Assembly: GCA_030390025.1 (NCBI GenBank) | Contig: CM059433.1 | Span: 28,584,001-28,648,000, forward strand | DNA: 64,000 nucleotides | Source: Squalus acanthias | Lineage: Eukaryota | Direction: 5' to 3' | Shown: in pieces, positions 1 to 11,935 of the stretch | How the letters are laid out: every line of letters begins with the position of its first letter | How positions within the stretch are numbered: the stretch's first letter is position 1 | The notes under the pieces: model-generated | Databases searched by the model: none | Told to the model about the DNA's origin: nothing | Seen by the model: only the letters and a program-made list of their open reading frames with translations | Position numbers and translations under genes: made by a program

Positions 1-75
1 CTTTCTTAGGTAAGGAGACCAAAACTGCACACAGTACTCCAGGTGTGATCTCACCAAGGCCCTGTATAACTGTAG
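1..75 (-). mobile_element. CR1 LINE fragment (RT C-terminal region)
   Basis: Minus strand reads ...[20 protein letters not shown], the motif seen in the other CR1 copies here. Confidence 0.8.
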
Positions 76-207
76 CTGTTCCCAGTTCACAAAACGTGAA
101 ATCAAGTCAAAACCATTTTTAAAATTCGTCATGCAAAATATTGTGAAAAAGATCACACTGAAGAAAATGAGATATGCCATACTTTATGCGAGCGTCAAAT
201 ACATGTG

Positions 208-670
208 CTAGCCATGACTCAGTTGGTAGCACTCTCGCATTCTGAGTCAGAAGGTCATGTGTTCAAGCCCCACTTCATGAGAGCTGCGCACATAATCTAG
301 GCCGACACTCCAGTGCAGTGCTGAGGGAGTGCTGCACTGTTGGAGGTGGTGTCTTCAGGATGAGATGTTAAACCGAGGTCCCATCTGCCCTCTCAGGTGG
401 ACGTAAAAGATCCCACGGTACTAATTCAAAGAAGGGTAGGAGTTCTCCCAGGTGTCCTGGACAATATTTATCCCTCAACCAATATTGCTAAAAAAAAAAA
501 CACATAATCTGGTCATTATCACATTGTTGTTTGTGGGAGCTTGCTGTGCATGAATTGGCTGCTAGATTTCCCACAATACAACAGTGACTACACTTCAATA
601 TGTACCTAATTGGCTGTAAAGCGCTTTGGGATGTCCTGATGTTGGCTATATAAATGCAAGTCTTTTTTTT
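208..670 (+). mobile_element. tRNA-derived DeuSINE (SacSINE1-like), near full length
   Basis: A/B-box-like head (ctcagttggtagc...gttcaagccc), conserved core (ttgtgggagcttgctgtg..aattggctgc), tail ctatataaatgcaagtcttt; many copies in window. Confidence 0.85.
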
Positions 671-1314
671 GCTGCTTCCCAAAATTTAGTAACAGGTTCA
701 AACATTTCCCAAACATATTTCTATAACGCAATTCAATCCAGTAGTCTGTGATCTTAAAAGATAAAAATAACCTTGCCAGAGATCATCAAAACTCGCCTGA
801 GCCAATTGCTAAGACATCTACTTCCAGTACTTAAATGAACAAGAACAAAAGTGTTTCTGCTTGCCTTAACTGACTGTAACTGTTGGCTGCTACCTTTGCC
901 GACTTCTTTACAAGATCTTTCTTCCCAGGTGAAACGCCCAAGACTTTTCCTCCCTGCCTTCTGTCCTCTTTCCTTACTCCTGGAGTGCCAGCAGCAGACT
1001 TCATTTGCCAAGAGTGAAAAGGTAAAACGAAACAAAGAAACCTGTCAGTTCCTGCTAGAATTACCAGGGTCACAGAATGTGTTGAATTGCGAGTCTGCTC
1101 TCCCAAGAGATGCGAGTGAATGAATGATGGCCAAGATTCAATCCAGCAACTCTACAATGAATGTACATGTTAACCTCGTAATCGTAGGTGAGTAGAGTTA
1201 AGTTGACTTTGAAGAATGCAGATCCTCAGCGCATTTCGTCTGACTGATGAGATAAGAATTGTTTCTGACAGTGCACTCGGTGGGAGGACAGTTTCAGTTT
1301 CCCACTAAACGATA

Positions 1315-2090
1315 ACAACAACAACAACGTGCATTTATATACCGTAGTAAAAACATCCCAAGGCGCTTCACAGGAGCGTTAAACCACATAAGAAGATATT
1401 AGGAAGGCGACCAAAAGCTTGGTCAAAGAGGTGGTTTTTAAAAAATTCATTCACGGGATGTGGGTGTCGCTGGCTAAGCCAGCATTTATTGCCCATCCCT
1501 AATTGTCCTTGAGAAGGTGGTGGTGTGCCGCCTTCTTGAACCAATGCAGTCTTGTGGTGAAGGTACTCCCACAGTGCCGTTAGGGAGGGAGTTCCAGGAT
1601 TTTGACCCAGCGATGATGAAGGATCGGCGATATACTTCTAAGTCAGGATGGCGTGTGACTTGGAGGGGAAGTTGGAGGTGGTGGTGTTCCCATGCGCCTG
1701 CTGCCCTTGTCCTTCTAGGCGGTATAGGTTGCGGGTTTGGGAGGTGCTGTCGAAAAAGCCTTGGCGAGTTGCTGCAGTGCATCTTGTAGATGGTAGTGTC
1801 TTAAAGGAGGGTAGAGAGGTTTAGGGGGGAATTCTAGAGCTTGGGGCCTCGGCAGCTGAAGCAGAGGTAACAGTGCCGGACGGGAAAGGAAGCTGTTGCT
1901 GAAGGTGAGCTGGATGCATTCAAACAGATAGGAGTGGAATCACACAAGGGTAATCCGTGGAACTGGATATCAGGCGTGGCAAAGGAGAAGGATGGTGTGG
2001 TTGACTATGTCAAATGCTACAGAGAGGTTGAGGAAGACAAGAAGTCACAGAAGGTGTCACTCATGACTTTGAGGCGATGGAGGGACTCAA
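1315..2090 (-). mobile_element. L2 LINE 3' fragment, interrupted at ~1440-1795
   Basis: (CAA)n tail and caaaagcttggtcaaagag motif shared with the L2 copies at 31200, 32595 and 56158. Confidence 0.7.
1440..1795 (-). mobile_element. 3' end of CR1-group LINE (same family as 48630-50560)
   Basis: ORF 1486-1782 (MHCSNSPRLFRQHLPNP...KSWNSLPN) and 3' UTR match 50210-50550. Confidence 0.85.
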
Positions 2091-2137
2091 ACACAGAGTT
2101 GTACTGAATGACCTCCTTCAGTGCTGTATGATTCTAT

Positions 2138-3134
2138 GGGCTGGATTTTGCCAATGGGGAGCTTTTGGAGGCGAGACTCCCACTTGTCGGGTTTTAGTCC
2201 CGCCTCCATCGACTTCTGGCCAACCCACGCTATTTTCCCTTGATTGACCTTGTTAAGCCCGCCCAGCGGGCTTAGCAGGCCAATTAAGGGGAAGCTGGTT
2301 ACAGAGAACGTCAGCGTATGACGTTTCATCTGTCAAAAATTTTTGACAGATGAATTGTCATCGTTTGACAGCTCTCTGAAGCTGTCAAACACTGAAATTT
2401 TATGATAGCAAAATACTGCGGATGCTGGAAATCCGAAATAACAACAGAAAACGCTGGAAAAACTCAGCAGGCCAGGCAACATCTGTGGAGAGAGAAACAC
2501 GGATGCTGCCTGGCCTGCTGAGTTTTTCCAGCGTTTTCTGTTGGTATACTGAAATTTTATGTTGTTTGATGAGTTCTTGTATTCAAGACTCATCAAACCT
2601 CTTTCTTTAGCAGAAATTCGATAGTTGTTGCATTGGAGAATGCAGTAGTCATCTGTCATCTCTGCCGGTGAGATGCGAGACTCTCCGCATCCCCAACGAT
2701 TGAAGCCTGCAGGAAGAAACAAAGGTAAGTAAACATTTTCTATCACTTTCCACTCACCTCACATACTCAGCTCTCCACACTTGCACCCATCACTTACCTT
2801 CACAATTTTGCATCCCTCCGACCCCCGCAGACCCGCTGCTCGCCTCGGTGACCCTGGCGGGGTTCGCAGCCTTCGGGAAGCCTGCACTTGTGTGGGTAAA
2901 ATGGGGATAATCCTCTTATTTGCTTGTTAATTACCTGTTAACAGGCAGTTAAGTGGCTGTAATCCCCTTCCCACCTCCAGGAGACAGGACCCGGCGCGGA
3001 TCGGCTACCCGCCTCCTGGGAAGATGACACGGAGGCGGGTTGGGGGCGGGATGGGCACCCGCCCCCAGATTCTGCCATTTTCCTGGCAGTCCCGCCTCCA
3101 AACCCGCCTCCCCAGGGCTGGCAAGATCGCGCCC
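2138..3134. mobile_element. Non-autonomous PIF/Harbinger-like DNA transposon
   Basis: Imperfect TIRs GGGCTGGATTTTGCC / GGCAAGATCGCGCCC; 3-bp TSD TAT at 2135-2137 and 3135-3137; internal hairpins. Confidence 0.7.
2405..2547. mobile_element. Penelope-like terminal fragment with inverted duplication
   Basis: Matches the Penelope end at 17710-17785; ~42-bp inverted repeat; 14-bp TSD ACTGAAATTTTATG at 2391-2404 and 2548-2561. Confidence 0.75.
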
Positions 3135-3259
3135 TATGCCTATCTAAGACTGAAGTACTACAAAAAGATCAGGACCTTTGTATGTTTGAAGGTTAAATTT
3201 AATGAAAACATAACGGCAGGTACATTAGTAGCTGGCTGTTAGTTGGGTAGGGGCCACTG

Positions 3260-3437
3260 GCAGTTGGACTCCACCCATCAGATGGGCATTAGCGAGTCTG
3301 CCACCATTATACATGCCACCCGATGATCGTTTCCATTGAAGTCGATGGAAAGAAAATTGGGCAGAGGATATAACGGGTTGCTGATCTACCATGGCCTGTT
3401 TTGTGCCCCCCATCCTCATTGGAGTTGAACTTTACCC
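3260..3437. mobile_element. Hairpin MITE (degenerate)
   Basis: Central palindrome ttccattgaagtcgatggaa; resembles 11936, 36755 and 55240. Confidence 0.5.
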
Positions 3438-3539
3438 ACTTTGTCTTACCTAATGGCCTGCAAGGTGCCACTCTGAAATCCTGCACTGCCCGTAGGGTAT
3501 ATACCCGGAGTGCGCGTAGATAGTGAAGCGTCTTACCTC

Positions 3540-3745
3540 TTTAATGATTAAAGGATTTGATAGGGTAGATAGAGAGAAATTATTTCCTCTGGTGGGGGAG
3601 TCCAGCACAAGAAGGCATAACCTTAAAATTCGAGCTCGGCCGTTCAGGGGTGATGTCAGGAAGCACTTCTTCACACAAAGGGTAGTGGAAATCTGGAACT
3701 CTCTCCCCCAAAAAGCTGTTGAGGCTGGGGGTCAATTGAAAATTT
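3540..3745 (+). mobile_element. CR1 3' fragment
   Basis: IKGFDRVDREKLFPL...HFFTQRVVEIWNSLP. Confidence 0.85.
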
Positions 3746-3749
3746 CCTC

Positions 3750-4245
3750 TCACTCTTTAATTCTGAAGATACTTACGAACAATGTTGGACAGGTTATGAC
3801 CCTCTGGTCCATCCAGCCTGTCCCACACAATTGCGATACCTTGTGTATCACAAGATATACACTCCACCCCGCCCGAAACCATGTGATCTCCTGGGAGAGG
3901 CAAAAAACCAGATAAAAACCCAGGCCAATTTGGGGAGAAAAAAAAATCTGGGAAATTCCTCTCCGACCCATCTAGGCAATTGAAACTCGTCCAGGAGATC
4001 ACTCCGGCCTTGAATTCCCTGCAGTACATACCTTCTGTAAAAGGTGATCTCCGCCCCAGCCAGAAACAGGCCCAGCTCTCGCTTGAAGGAATTTAGTGAA
4101 TCAACGTCCAGTGCACGAGACGGCAGCCTGTTCCTGAGGTCCACTATTCTGTGGAAAAGAACCACCTCCTGACATCGAACCTAGATCTGGCCTTGTACAA
4201 CTTAAAATTCTGACCTCTGGTTCTCCCTAATCTACTTAATTGGAT
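3750..4245 (-). mobile_element. CR1 3' end of a different subfamily with long 3' UTR
   Basis: FHRIVDLRNRLP..DSLNSFKRELGLFL resembles CR1 ORF2 C-terminus. Confidence 0.7.
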
Positions 4246-5629
4246 ACTCTGGAAGATTTGTGGTGCTGATATTAGCAGCTAATCCCCGCATCCCCTGCCC
4301 CATGAAGGTGAAATACTTTGCTTTGAATGCACTCGTCCAATCGCTGGAAACAAAAGGCTTCCCATTTGCCGCTGTGCTCACTGTGGTGCATCCTAATTAA
4401 AAACGCAGGAAAATATGAAGCAAGTTACCAACGGTGAGATCGGCGTGCTAGACGGTGAAATTTACAGTCCGCGACCTCACTGTTGTCGGAAAATCTGGGC
4501 CTCTACCTTGAAAGATGTTTACATCAGGAGATATCAGGACAGGTGACCAAAAGCTTGTCAAAGAGGTAGGTTTTCTGGAGCATCTTAAAGGAGGAGAGAG
4601 GCGGAGAGGTTTAGTTTTTTGTACAAAACACACTTTCCCTCTATATCAGGATTTTTTTGTTGGTCAATACTTTGAGTAAAAGTAATTAAGTCGTGTGGAT
4701 GAGGGTCTAATTTTCGCTAAGTGTCTAAGTGCAAGTGAAAATGCTAATTGCAATAGTCGAAAGGTGTTCTCATCTTCGCAAAGACTCTATGGAGATATTG
4801 TACTGTTGTTTATAACTGGCAAGTTGCAACCCCTTTCCTACACCTACCAAAAGGAAGGGGAAAGCCCCTTTGAATGGGGTGGAACATTACACTCCCCCCA
4901 AACCCTCCCACAATAGTACAGTTGAGTTTTCATCAGCAGTGCAAACCTTAGAGAACCATTTAAAATTTGATGTAAAGTGGGCCACTTGCCTGAATAATTC
5001 TCATTTCAAAAATTACAGACCAGACTATTGAATCCTGCCAATATGTTCTGCATTTGATAATAAAATTTCCGACATTAAAAAGAAATTCCCAAAAGAATTT
5101 CTTCTATTGAAGTAGGGATCCACACACATGCCCTCCTGGACTGTGGAATTTATTAACATGCAGCAGGGTGCTATACTTGGTCTCTGCTTGTATAAAAAAA
5201 GTAATTACATTTCCATGGTGTGATTGTGTTACAGTATTAAGAAAGCGCAGAACGAGAAAGGGACTTCAGCTCATTAAGCCCATTCCTTTCACAGATCACA
5301 TACAATTTGCCCAACACGGTCTCTATCCAACTTGTCTAACCTCCTAGAGGGAGACAAATAACCATTGGTTAAACTTCTAAGATGATGAAGCTTTTATGAA
5401 ATTTCTCTTTCATCCCTAAGGTAGGCAAGCCAAGTTTCAGTATATCAATCTATATTATTTAACCCTGAGTGGTTATTGACATTTTTCAGTCTTACAAGCA
5501 CAAGAAACCACCAAACAGCATTGGATCATCTATGCCAATATCTTTCCTTATAACCTTCAATCTAGTTCTTGTTCAGATATTCATCCAACTCTCCCTGAAG
5601 AACTTTTATTTGTAAGTTTAGCAGGATTG

Positions 5630-6270
5630 GCATACAAACACGCATTTATATGGTGCCTTTAATGTGGCAAAATATCCCCAGGGGGTTTTACAATTAGGGG
5701 TCTAGACACAAATAGGAGTAGGAAGGAGGTTAGGAAGGATGTTAGGAGAGGTGGCCAAGGACATGGTCGAGGAGGGAAGCTTCAAGGAGGGTTTTCGAAG
5801 TGAGGAGAGGTGTAGCTAGATGAAAGGTGTTGGGGTGGGGTGATGAGGAGCATTGGGAACGGAGTCCCAGGGTGTGACTCAAGATCGTTGAAGTCTCTAC
5901 CATCAATGAGAAGGAAAGAGAAATGCGCAGTAGCCCAGAGGTGGTGGAATGGGGAATGTGGACAAGGACATGAGGCTGGAAGAGATTGAAAATATAGAGA
6001 GAGGCGTGCTTGTGGAGGGATTTGAAGATGATGCTGAGGATTTTGATGCGCTGAGGAATGGGGAGCTAATGGTTGGCAGCAAAGATTTGGGCGGTTGGGT
6101 GTGATAAGGCTGGATAAGAATGACGTTTAGGACATTTTGGGCAATCTTAGTAATGGATTGGATATGAGAGTTGAACTTCAGCTTAGAGTTGAGCAGGACA
6201 CCAAGAATGTACAGCATCAGTTTGAGATTGAGTAGGCATTCAGCGAGACGGATGGGATCAGTGGCTAAGG
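5630..6270 (-). mobile_element. Old L2 fragment
   Basis: ILGVLLNSKLKFNSHIQSITK resembles L2 RT C-terminus; degenerate L2 3' tail. Confidence 0.6.
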
Positions 6271-6274
6271 CAAA

Positions 6275-6626
6275 AGACCCGAAATTGGGCCAGGGCTTTT
6301 TTTCAGGCGCTCGGGTCAATCGGCAAAACTGAGCATTGGGCCTCTTCCATATGCTAATGAGGGGCCTACCACCTGCTTTCGGACCCCTCTGGGATCTTGG
6401 GCTGCCTTGAGCAGTGCAGGCATTGGGCCTGCCCTGGTCAGGGTCTCTAGACGTCGATTCGGCCTAGCAACTGCCAGCAAAAAGGCTAGTTAAATATTTT
6501 TTAACAATTGATGTGGAGTCAGGAGGAGCAGGAGCCCCCTCCCCCAGCCCGGGACTTACCCGAGTGCTGTTGCAATTCGATTCTTCAGTTGGGCAAGCTT
6601 CCTGCGGAGCCATGACAGGCTCCGGC
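6275..6626. mobile_element. GC-rich non-autonomous DNA transposon fragment (Harbinger-like)
   Basis: Begins acccgaaattgg; shares internal motifs with the other GC-rich MITEs. Confidence 0.4.
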
Positions 6627-7390
6627 TGTTAGAAATTAGGGATACCTAAAAAATATGTGGTTATGCGAATGAAATTGTGACGCGAATAATACTGTGTTTA
6701 GATGATTGTATTAGAGCTTGAGATAAAGTGTCTTCAGACTAGTATTAGAGTAGCTGGATAGATGCTTAGAATTTGCCTATGTTTTCAATTCCCTGCGGAT
6801 GTTATAACATTCCACACAGTGGCACTCACATATGACCTTGCTTCCCAGGCTAGCTGTCTGCTGTTTGTGTGCCAGGAAGGCTACTGATTGTATCTTTAAT
6901 TTGGCCAACCAAGGCCCACCGCCTATGTTTCTTCCATTACCACTAATAACCATATTATAATGCTAAGTTAGAATTTTGACTTTGTTTAACAAAACTGCTT
7001 GCTAAAATGTGTAAGTTAACCAGTGTGTGAGAATAGAATAGAGGGATTCTTTGGGAATTTAATGATTCATTCCATGGTACTATAGTCTGATAATGGATTG
7101 AAATAGTTAGTTTGCACAGCTAAGCTGCATGAACAACTTTGAACATAAATAACTGATAACAAGCAGCTACGGACATCTGAAGGCCGAGAATGGTATGTCT
7201 GACTCCAAACTTGGGAGGACAGGGCCAGATGAGATAAGGAGAAAACAGTTCGCAGCATATTCTACCCCAGCTCCACCCCTAAAAAAGGAGTATAAAAGAA
7301 AGACTTGAAAAGCCCCTAGTGCAGACAGTGGAGTGAAGAGCTCCTGAGGGTGGATCCATGCTGACCTTGGTCTAACAATCTTGGGCAGTT

Positions 7391-7426
<36 letters not shown>

Positions 7427-7545
7427 TGTTTGCGTACGCCAGCCGTCTGTCCGATCGGCGCCGGTACTCGCTACTTGTCACGGTCGTATGTTTTTGCTGT
7501 ATAACTAGTGTGTTATATTCCGCCTTAAACTCCGAATAAACACAA
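6627..7545 (+). mobile_element. Probable solo or partial LTR
   Basis: Starts TGTTAG; TATAAAA at ~7291; (GA)n tract; AATAAA at 7535-7540; followed immediately by a Harbinger-like end; no TSD found. Confidence 0.45.
7392..7421. repeat. (GA)n microsatellite
   Basis: Direct reading. Confidence 0.95.
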
Positions 7546-7546
7546 T

Positions 7547-8010
7547 GGGCTAGAAATTGGGCAACTTAGCGCTTCCCATTATCGCCGCCGGGGGGCAACA
7601 ACGGCACGCCAATCACTTACCGAAGATCGACTCCCACTATATTCGACGGGGGGTTTGCGGCGGCGGTATGGCATTGTGCCCCAATCTCCTTCACCCGGAG
7701 ATCGTGACGCCATCGCCGTGCGCATCGCCCCGGTAACGCCCCGGACCCGAACTTCGGTTCCGCCTCCTGCAGCATCGCCGGCCGAAAACACCGGCAGCTG
7801 CAGGAGGCGTTCATCGGGCGGCCGGGCGCTTCGGGGGGCGATACTTAAAGGCGAGGTGTCCGAGATAAGTTAAAAAAAATCTCAAATGCTCTTTCTGGTT
7901 TTTTTTCAGTTTTCTTCACCTGCGATCGATCAGCCCGGCACTCTGCTGCAGTGCATCGGGCTGATTGGGCCGGATCTCGGCTGCCGTCGGGGACTATGTG
8001 GGTAGTGGGT
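7547..8010. mobile_element. Harbinger-like left end, CpG-rich
   Basis: Terminal GGGCTAGAAATT resembles TIRs at 11936, 27749 and 52266. Confidence 0.6.
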
Positions 8011-8438
8011 GCGGGGGGGAATTAAATCAAATATGCCTTGATATTTTGACAGGGTGAGATGAAGCAAATAGAGTGGGAGGTGGCTCGTGTGGAGCATAAA
8101 CATTGGCATAGTTGGGCCGAATGGCCTGTTTCTGTGCTGTAAATTCGATGTCTTTCATTCTTCAATTGAACCACAAGAACCAGCCATTGCAGGGATCCAG
8201 GTTGGCGGGGGAGGCTGTAAGTGTTTCTGGCAACCAGGGTCTGTGGAAGTGCTCAGTGTGTGGTCCTACACCGGATGAAGAGGTTGGGAATTCTGTTGGC
8301 AGGCGCTGTAGAAAATAAAATCAATGGAAGTCTTGATAAAGGACTTTAAAATGGGTAGATTACTCTGATTGCTATGGGCGGTGACATTGTAAATATGCTC
8401 ATGAAGGTTTCCTTTGGCTGGATTCTGTTCCCACTTTG

Positions 8439-9818
8439 AACATAAGAACATAAGAACAGAAGAAATAGGAGCAGGAGTAGGCCATTCGGCCCTTCGAGCC
8501 TGCTCCGCCATTCAATGAGATCATGGCTGATCTTCTGCCTCAACTCCATTCACCGGCCCTATCGCCATATCCCTAGATGCCCTTACTAGTCAGAAATCTA
8601 TCGACTTCTGTTTTGAATATACCCAATGACTGAGCCTCCACAGCCCTCTGGGGTAGAGAATTCCAAAGATTCAGCACCCTCTGTGTGAAGAAATTTCTTC
8701 TCATCTCAGTCCTGAATGGCCTACCCTTTATCCTGAGGCTGTGGCCCCTGGTTCTAGACTCCCCAGCTAAGGGAAACATTCTCCCAGCATCCACCCTATC
8801 AGGCCCTGTAATAATTTTGTATGCTTCAATGAGATCCCCTCTCATTCTTCTGAATTCAAGAGAATACAGGCCTAGTTTACTCAATCTCTTCTCATACGAC
8901 AGTCCCGCCATCCCAGGAATCAATCTCGTGAACCTTCGTTGCACTCCCTCTATGGCAAGTATATCCTTCCTTAGGTAAGGAGACCAAAATTGTACACTGT
9001 ACTCCAGGTGTGGTCTCACCAAGGCCCTATATAATTGGAGTAAGACTTCTTTACTCCTGTACTCAAATTCTCTTGTAATGAAGGCCAGCATACCATTTGC
9101 CTTCCTAATGTCTTGCTGCACCTGCATATTCACTTTCAGTGACTCATGTACAAGGATACCCAGGTCCCTTTGAGCATCTGCATTCCCCAATCTTTCACCA
9201 TTTAGGAAATACTCTGCCTTTCTGTTTTTTCCACCAAACTGGATAACTTCACATTTCTCCACATTATATTCCATCTGCCATGTTCTCGGCCACTCACTGA
9301 GCCTGTCGAGATCCCCTTGAAGCCTCTTCACATCCTCTTCACAACTGACACTGCCACCTAGCTTTGTATAGAAACATAGAAACATAGAATCTAGGAGCAG
9401 GAGTAGGCCATTCGGCCCGTCGAGCCTGCTCCACCATTCAATACGATCATGGCTGATCATCCAAATCCAGTACCCTGTCCCTGCTTTAATCCCCACAGTA
9501 CACATATCCCACCCTACCCCCGTAACCCCACGTATTTAATTCACCCTAACATATCCCATCCTATCCCCACATATTTAATCCCCCCCTAACACTAAGGGTC
9601 AATTTATCATAGCCAAATCAACCTAACCCGCACATTTTTGGACTGTGGGAGGAAACCGGAGCACCCGGAGGAAACCCACGCAAACACGGGGAGAATGTGC
9701 AAACTCCACACAGACAGTCACCCGAGGTCAGATTCAAACCCAGGTCCCTGGCGCTGTGAGACACCAGTGCTAACCACTATGCCACCGTGTTGTATCATCA
9801 GCAAATTTGGAAATGTTA
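8439..9818 (-). mobile_element. 5'-truncated CR1 LINE (RT from KFADD to 3' tail), interrupted by a V-SINE
   Basis: ORF TKLGG..LQGDLDRL..WQMEYNVEKC..RPHLEYSVQFWSP..FFTQRVLNLWNSLP; (TTCTTATG)n tail; TSD CACTTTG at 8432-8438 and 9819-9825. Confidence 0.92.
9370..9789 (-). mobile_element. HE1-like V-SINE with CR1-derived tail
   Basis: Head ggtggcatagtggttagcac; V-domain tgtggagtttgcacattctccccgtg...ctccggtttcctcccaca; CR1-like tail; TSD TTGTAT at 9364-9369 and 9790-9795. Confidence 0.88.
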
Positions 9819-9894
9819 CACTTTGGCATGACTCCCTGGCAGAAGGCAGGCAGCTCTCCTTCCTAGGCCTATTTATCTGTCAAGCAACATCACC

Positions 9895-10215
9895 AGCAGA
9901 TTAACTGGTCACTTATCTCATTGCTGTTTGTGGGACCTTGCTGCGCGCAAATTGGCTGCTGTGTTTCCTACGTAACAACAGTAACTGCACTTCAAAAATC
10001 TTCTCTTCTTAGGCAGTCCCTCGGAACCGAGGATGACTTGCTTCCACACTAAAAATGAGTTCTCAGGTGACTGCCTGGCCCAAGACCGCACAAAGTGGAG
10101 AAGCATCCGGGAAGGCGCCAAACACCTCGACTTCAAAAGTACTTAATTGGCTGTGATGTGCTTTGGGATGCCCCAAGGTCGTGAAAGATGCTATATAAAT
10201 AGAAATCTTTCTTTT
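9895..10215 (+). mobile_element. DeuSINE 3' half with internal insertion
   Basis: Core and tail match other copies. Confidence 0.8.
9998..10129 (-). mobile_element. RTE-like LINE 3' end with inverted segment
   Basis: Minus-strand tail ...gagggactgcctaagaagagaag; plus-strand LAQDRTKWR motif; TSD ACTTCAAAA at 9989-9997 and 10130-10138. Confidence 0.65.
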
Positions 10216-10851
10216 TTGCACTTGATCTATTTGTAAACCTAAATTTTGCCTTGATATACTATGATGACACTTTCAATCTTTATTAAACTTTCAATTTCCG
10301 TTCTTTGTCTTGATTTTTCTCACTAAAAAGACTAATCATTTTTCTAAATCAAATTGGATATTTGCAGCATCAATGTAAACTTACTTACATCCTTTCACAT
10401 TGAATACCATCTGCCCAGTGTCTCTGTACAGATCTTCTCTCTCAGGCTCCCACTCCATCCATAGTTTTATAACTCTTTCAGATCTTGTCTTTCAGATGTG
10501 AAATAAAACATCTGTCGCGATTGCTGCCACCAGTAAATAAGAGAACATGGGCTGATATTCAATACAGATAAAGATGAGAAGCAGAGTTGGGCCATTTAAC
10601 AGCCCCAAATAGATTCTTGGTCGTCAGAATCTAATATCTGAGTCGATAATGAAATGATATATCCAATTCAGCATCTCACCAGCATTGCCACAGGACCAAA
10701 GCTTCTGAATGGGGTTAAAGCTGCCATTCTCTATCAATGGGCTATTGCTTGAACTTTGCGCTTGGGTATTGGGATAATTGCCTCATTCCCCGACTCAGAG
10801 ATTGGGAGCTTCATAAGTTGACTGATTTGCTTCAAAGCTAAATTGGCAAGT

Positions 10852-11295
10852 AAAAGAAAAACTTCCATTTATATCGCGCCTTTCATTATCTCAGGACGTC
10901 ACAAAGCGCTTTACAGCCGATGAAGTACTTTTGAAGTGTAGTCACTGTTGTAATGTCAGAAACACAGCAGCCAATTTGCGCACAGCAAGCTCCCACAAAC
11001 AGCAATGAGATAAATGACCAGATCATCTGCTTTTTGTTAGTGATGTTGGTTGAGGGATAAATATTGGCCCAGGACACCAGGAAGAACTCTCCTGCTCTTC
11101 TTCGAAATAGTGCCATGCGATCTTCTACGTTCACCTGAAAGGGCAGATGGGGCCTCGGTTTAATGTCTCATCCGAAAGACAGCACTTCCGACAGTGCAGC
11201 ACTCCCTCAGTACTGCACTGGAGTGTCAGCCTGGATTATGTGCTCAAGCCCCTGGCGCAGTACTTGAACCCACAACTTTCTGACTCCGAAGCGAA
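10852..11295 (-). mobile_element. DeuSINE
   Basis: Reverse-complement match to 208-670. Confidence 0.85.
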
Positions 11296-11332
11296 AGTCA
11301 GTTGTTTTGATGCTGCAACAGTCTCAATGTAG

Positions 11333-11470
11333 TTTTTTTATTCGTTCACGGAATGTGGGCATCGCTGGCAAGTCCAGCATTAATTGCCCATCCTTAATTT
11401 CCCTGGAGAAGGTGGTGGTGAGCTGCCTTCGTGAACCTCTGCAGTCCATGTGGTGAAGGTACTCCCACGG
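11333..11470 (-). mobile_element. CR1-group LINE 3' tail (48630 family)
   Basis: Matches 50420-50550. Confidence 0.75.
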
Positions 11471-11895
11471 AAAGATTGAACAGGCTGGGCTCTTTTCTCT
11501 AGAAAAGACAAGACTGAGGGGTGACATAATAGAGGTCTTCAAAATTCAGAAGGGGTTTGCTAGGGTAGAGAAGATGTTTCCACTTGTGGGGGAGAGCAAA
11601 ACTAGGAATCATTAATATAAGATAGTCACTAATAAATCCAATAGGGAATTCAGGAGAAACTTCTTTACCCAGAGAATGGTTAGAATGTGGAACTCACTAC
11701 CACATGGAATAGCTGAGATGAATAACATAGATGCATTTAAGGTGAAACTAGATAAACACATGAGGGAGAAAGGAATAGCAGACTATGTTGATATGGTTAG
11801 ATGAAGTAGAGTGGGAGGAGGCTCGTGTGGAGCATTAGACCAGTTGGGCTGAATGGCCTGTTTCTGTGCTCTATAATTCTACGTACTTCTATGTA
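11470..11895 (+). mobile_element. CR1 3' fragment
   Basis: RLNRLGSFL...FRRNFFTQRMVRMWNSLP and 3' UTR. Confidence 0.85.
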
Positions 11896-11935
11896 ACCCA
11901 TTCAAGCAGAGCTTAAATCCAATAATATCACTTTA

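Noticed and set aside
215..290. tRNA genes at SINE heads
   Set aside because: A/B boxes run straight into SINE bodies; no standalone cloverleaf
754..1123. Three overlapping ~90-aa ORFs in unique sequence
   Set aside because: No recognisable domain; non-ATG starts; lengths within chance
1243..1270. CTGATGAG as a hammerhead core
   Set aside because: No stem II followed by GAAA and no closing stems
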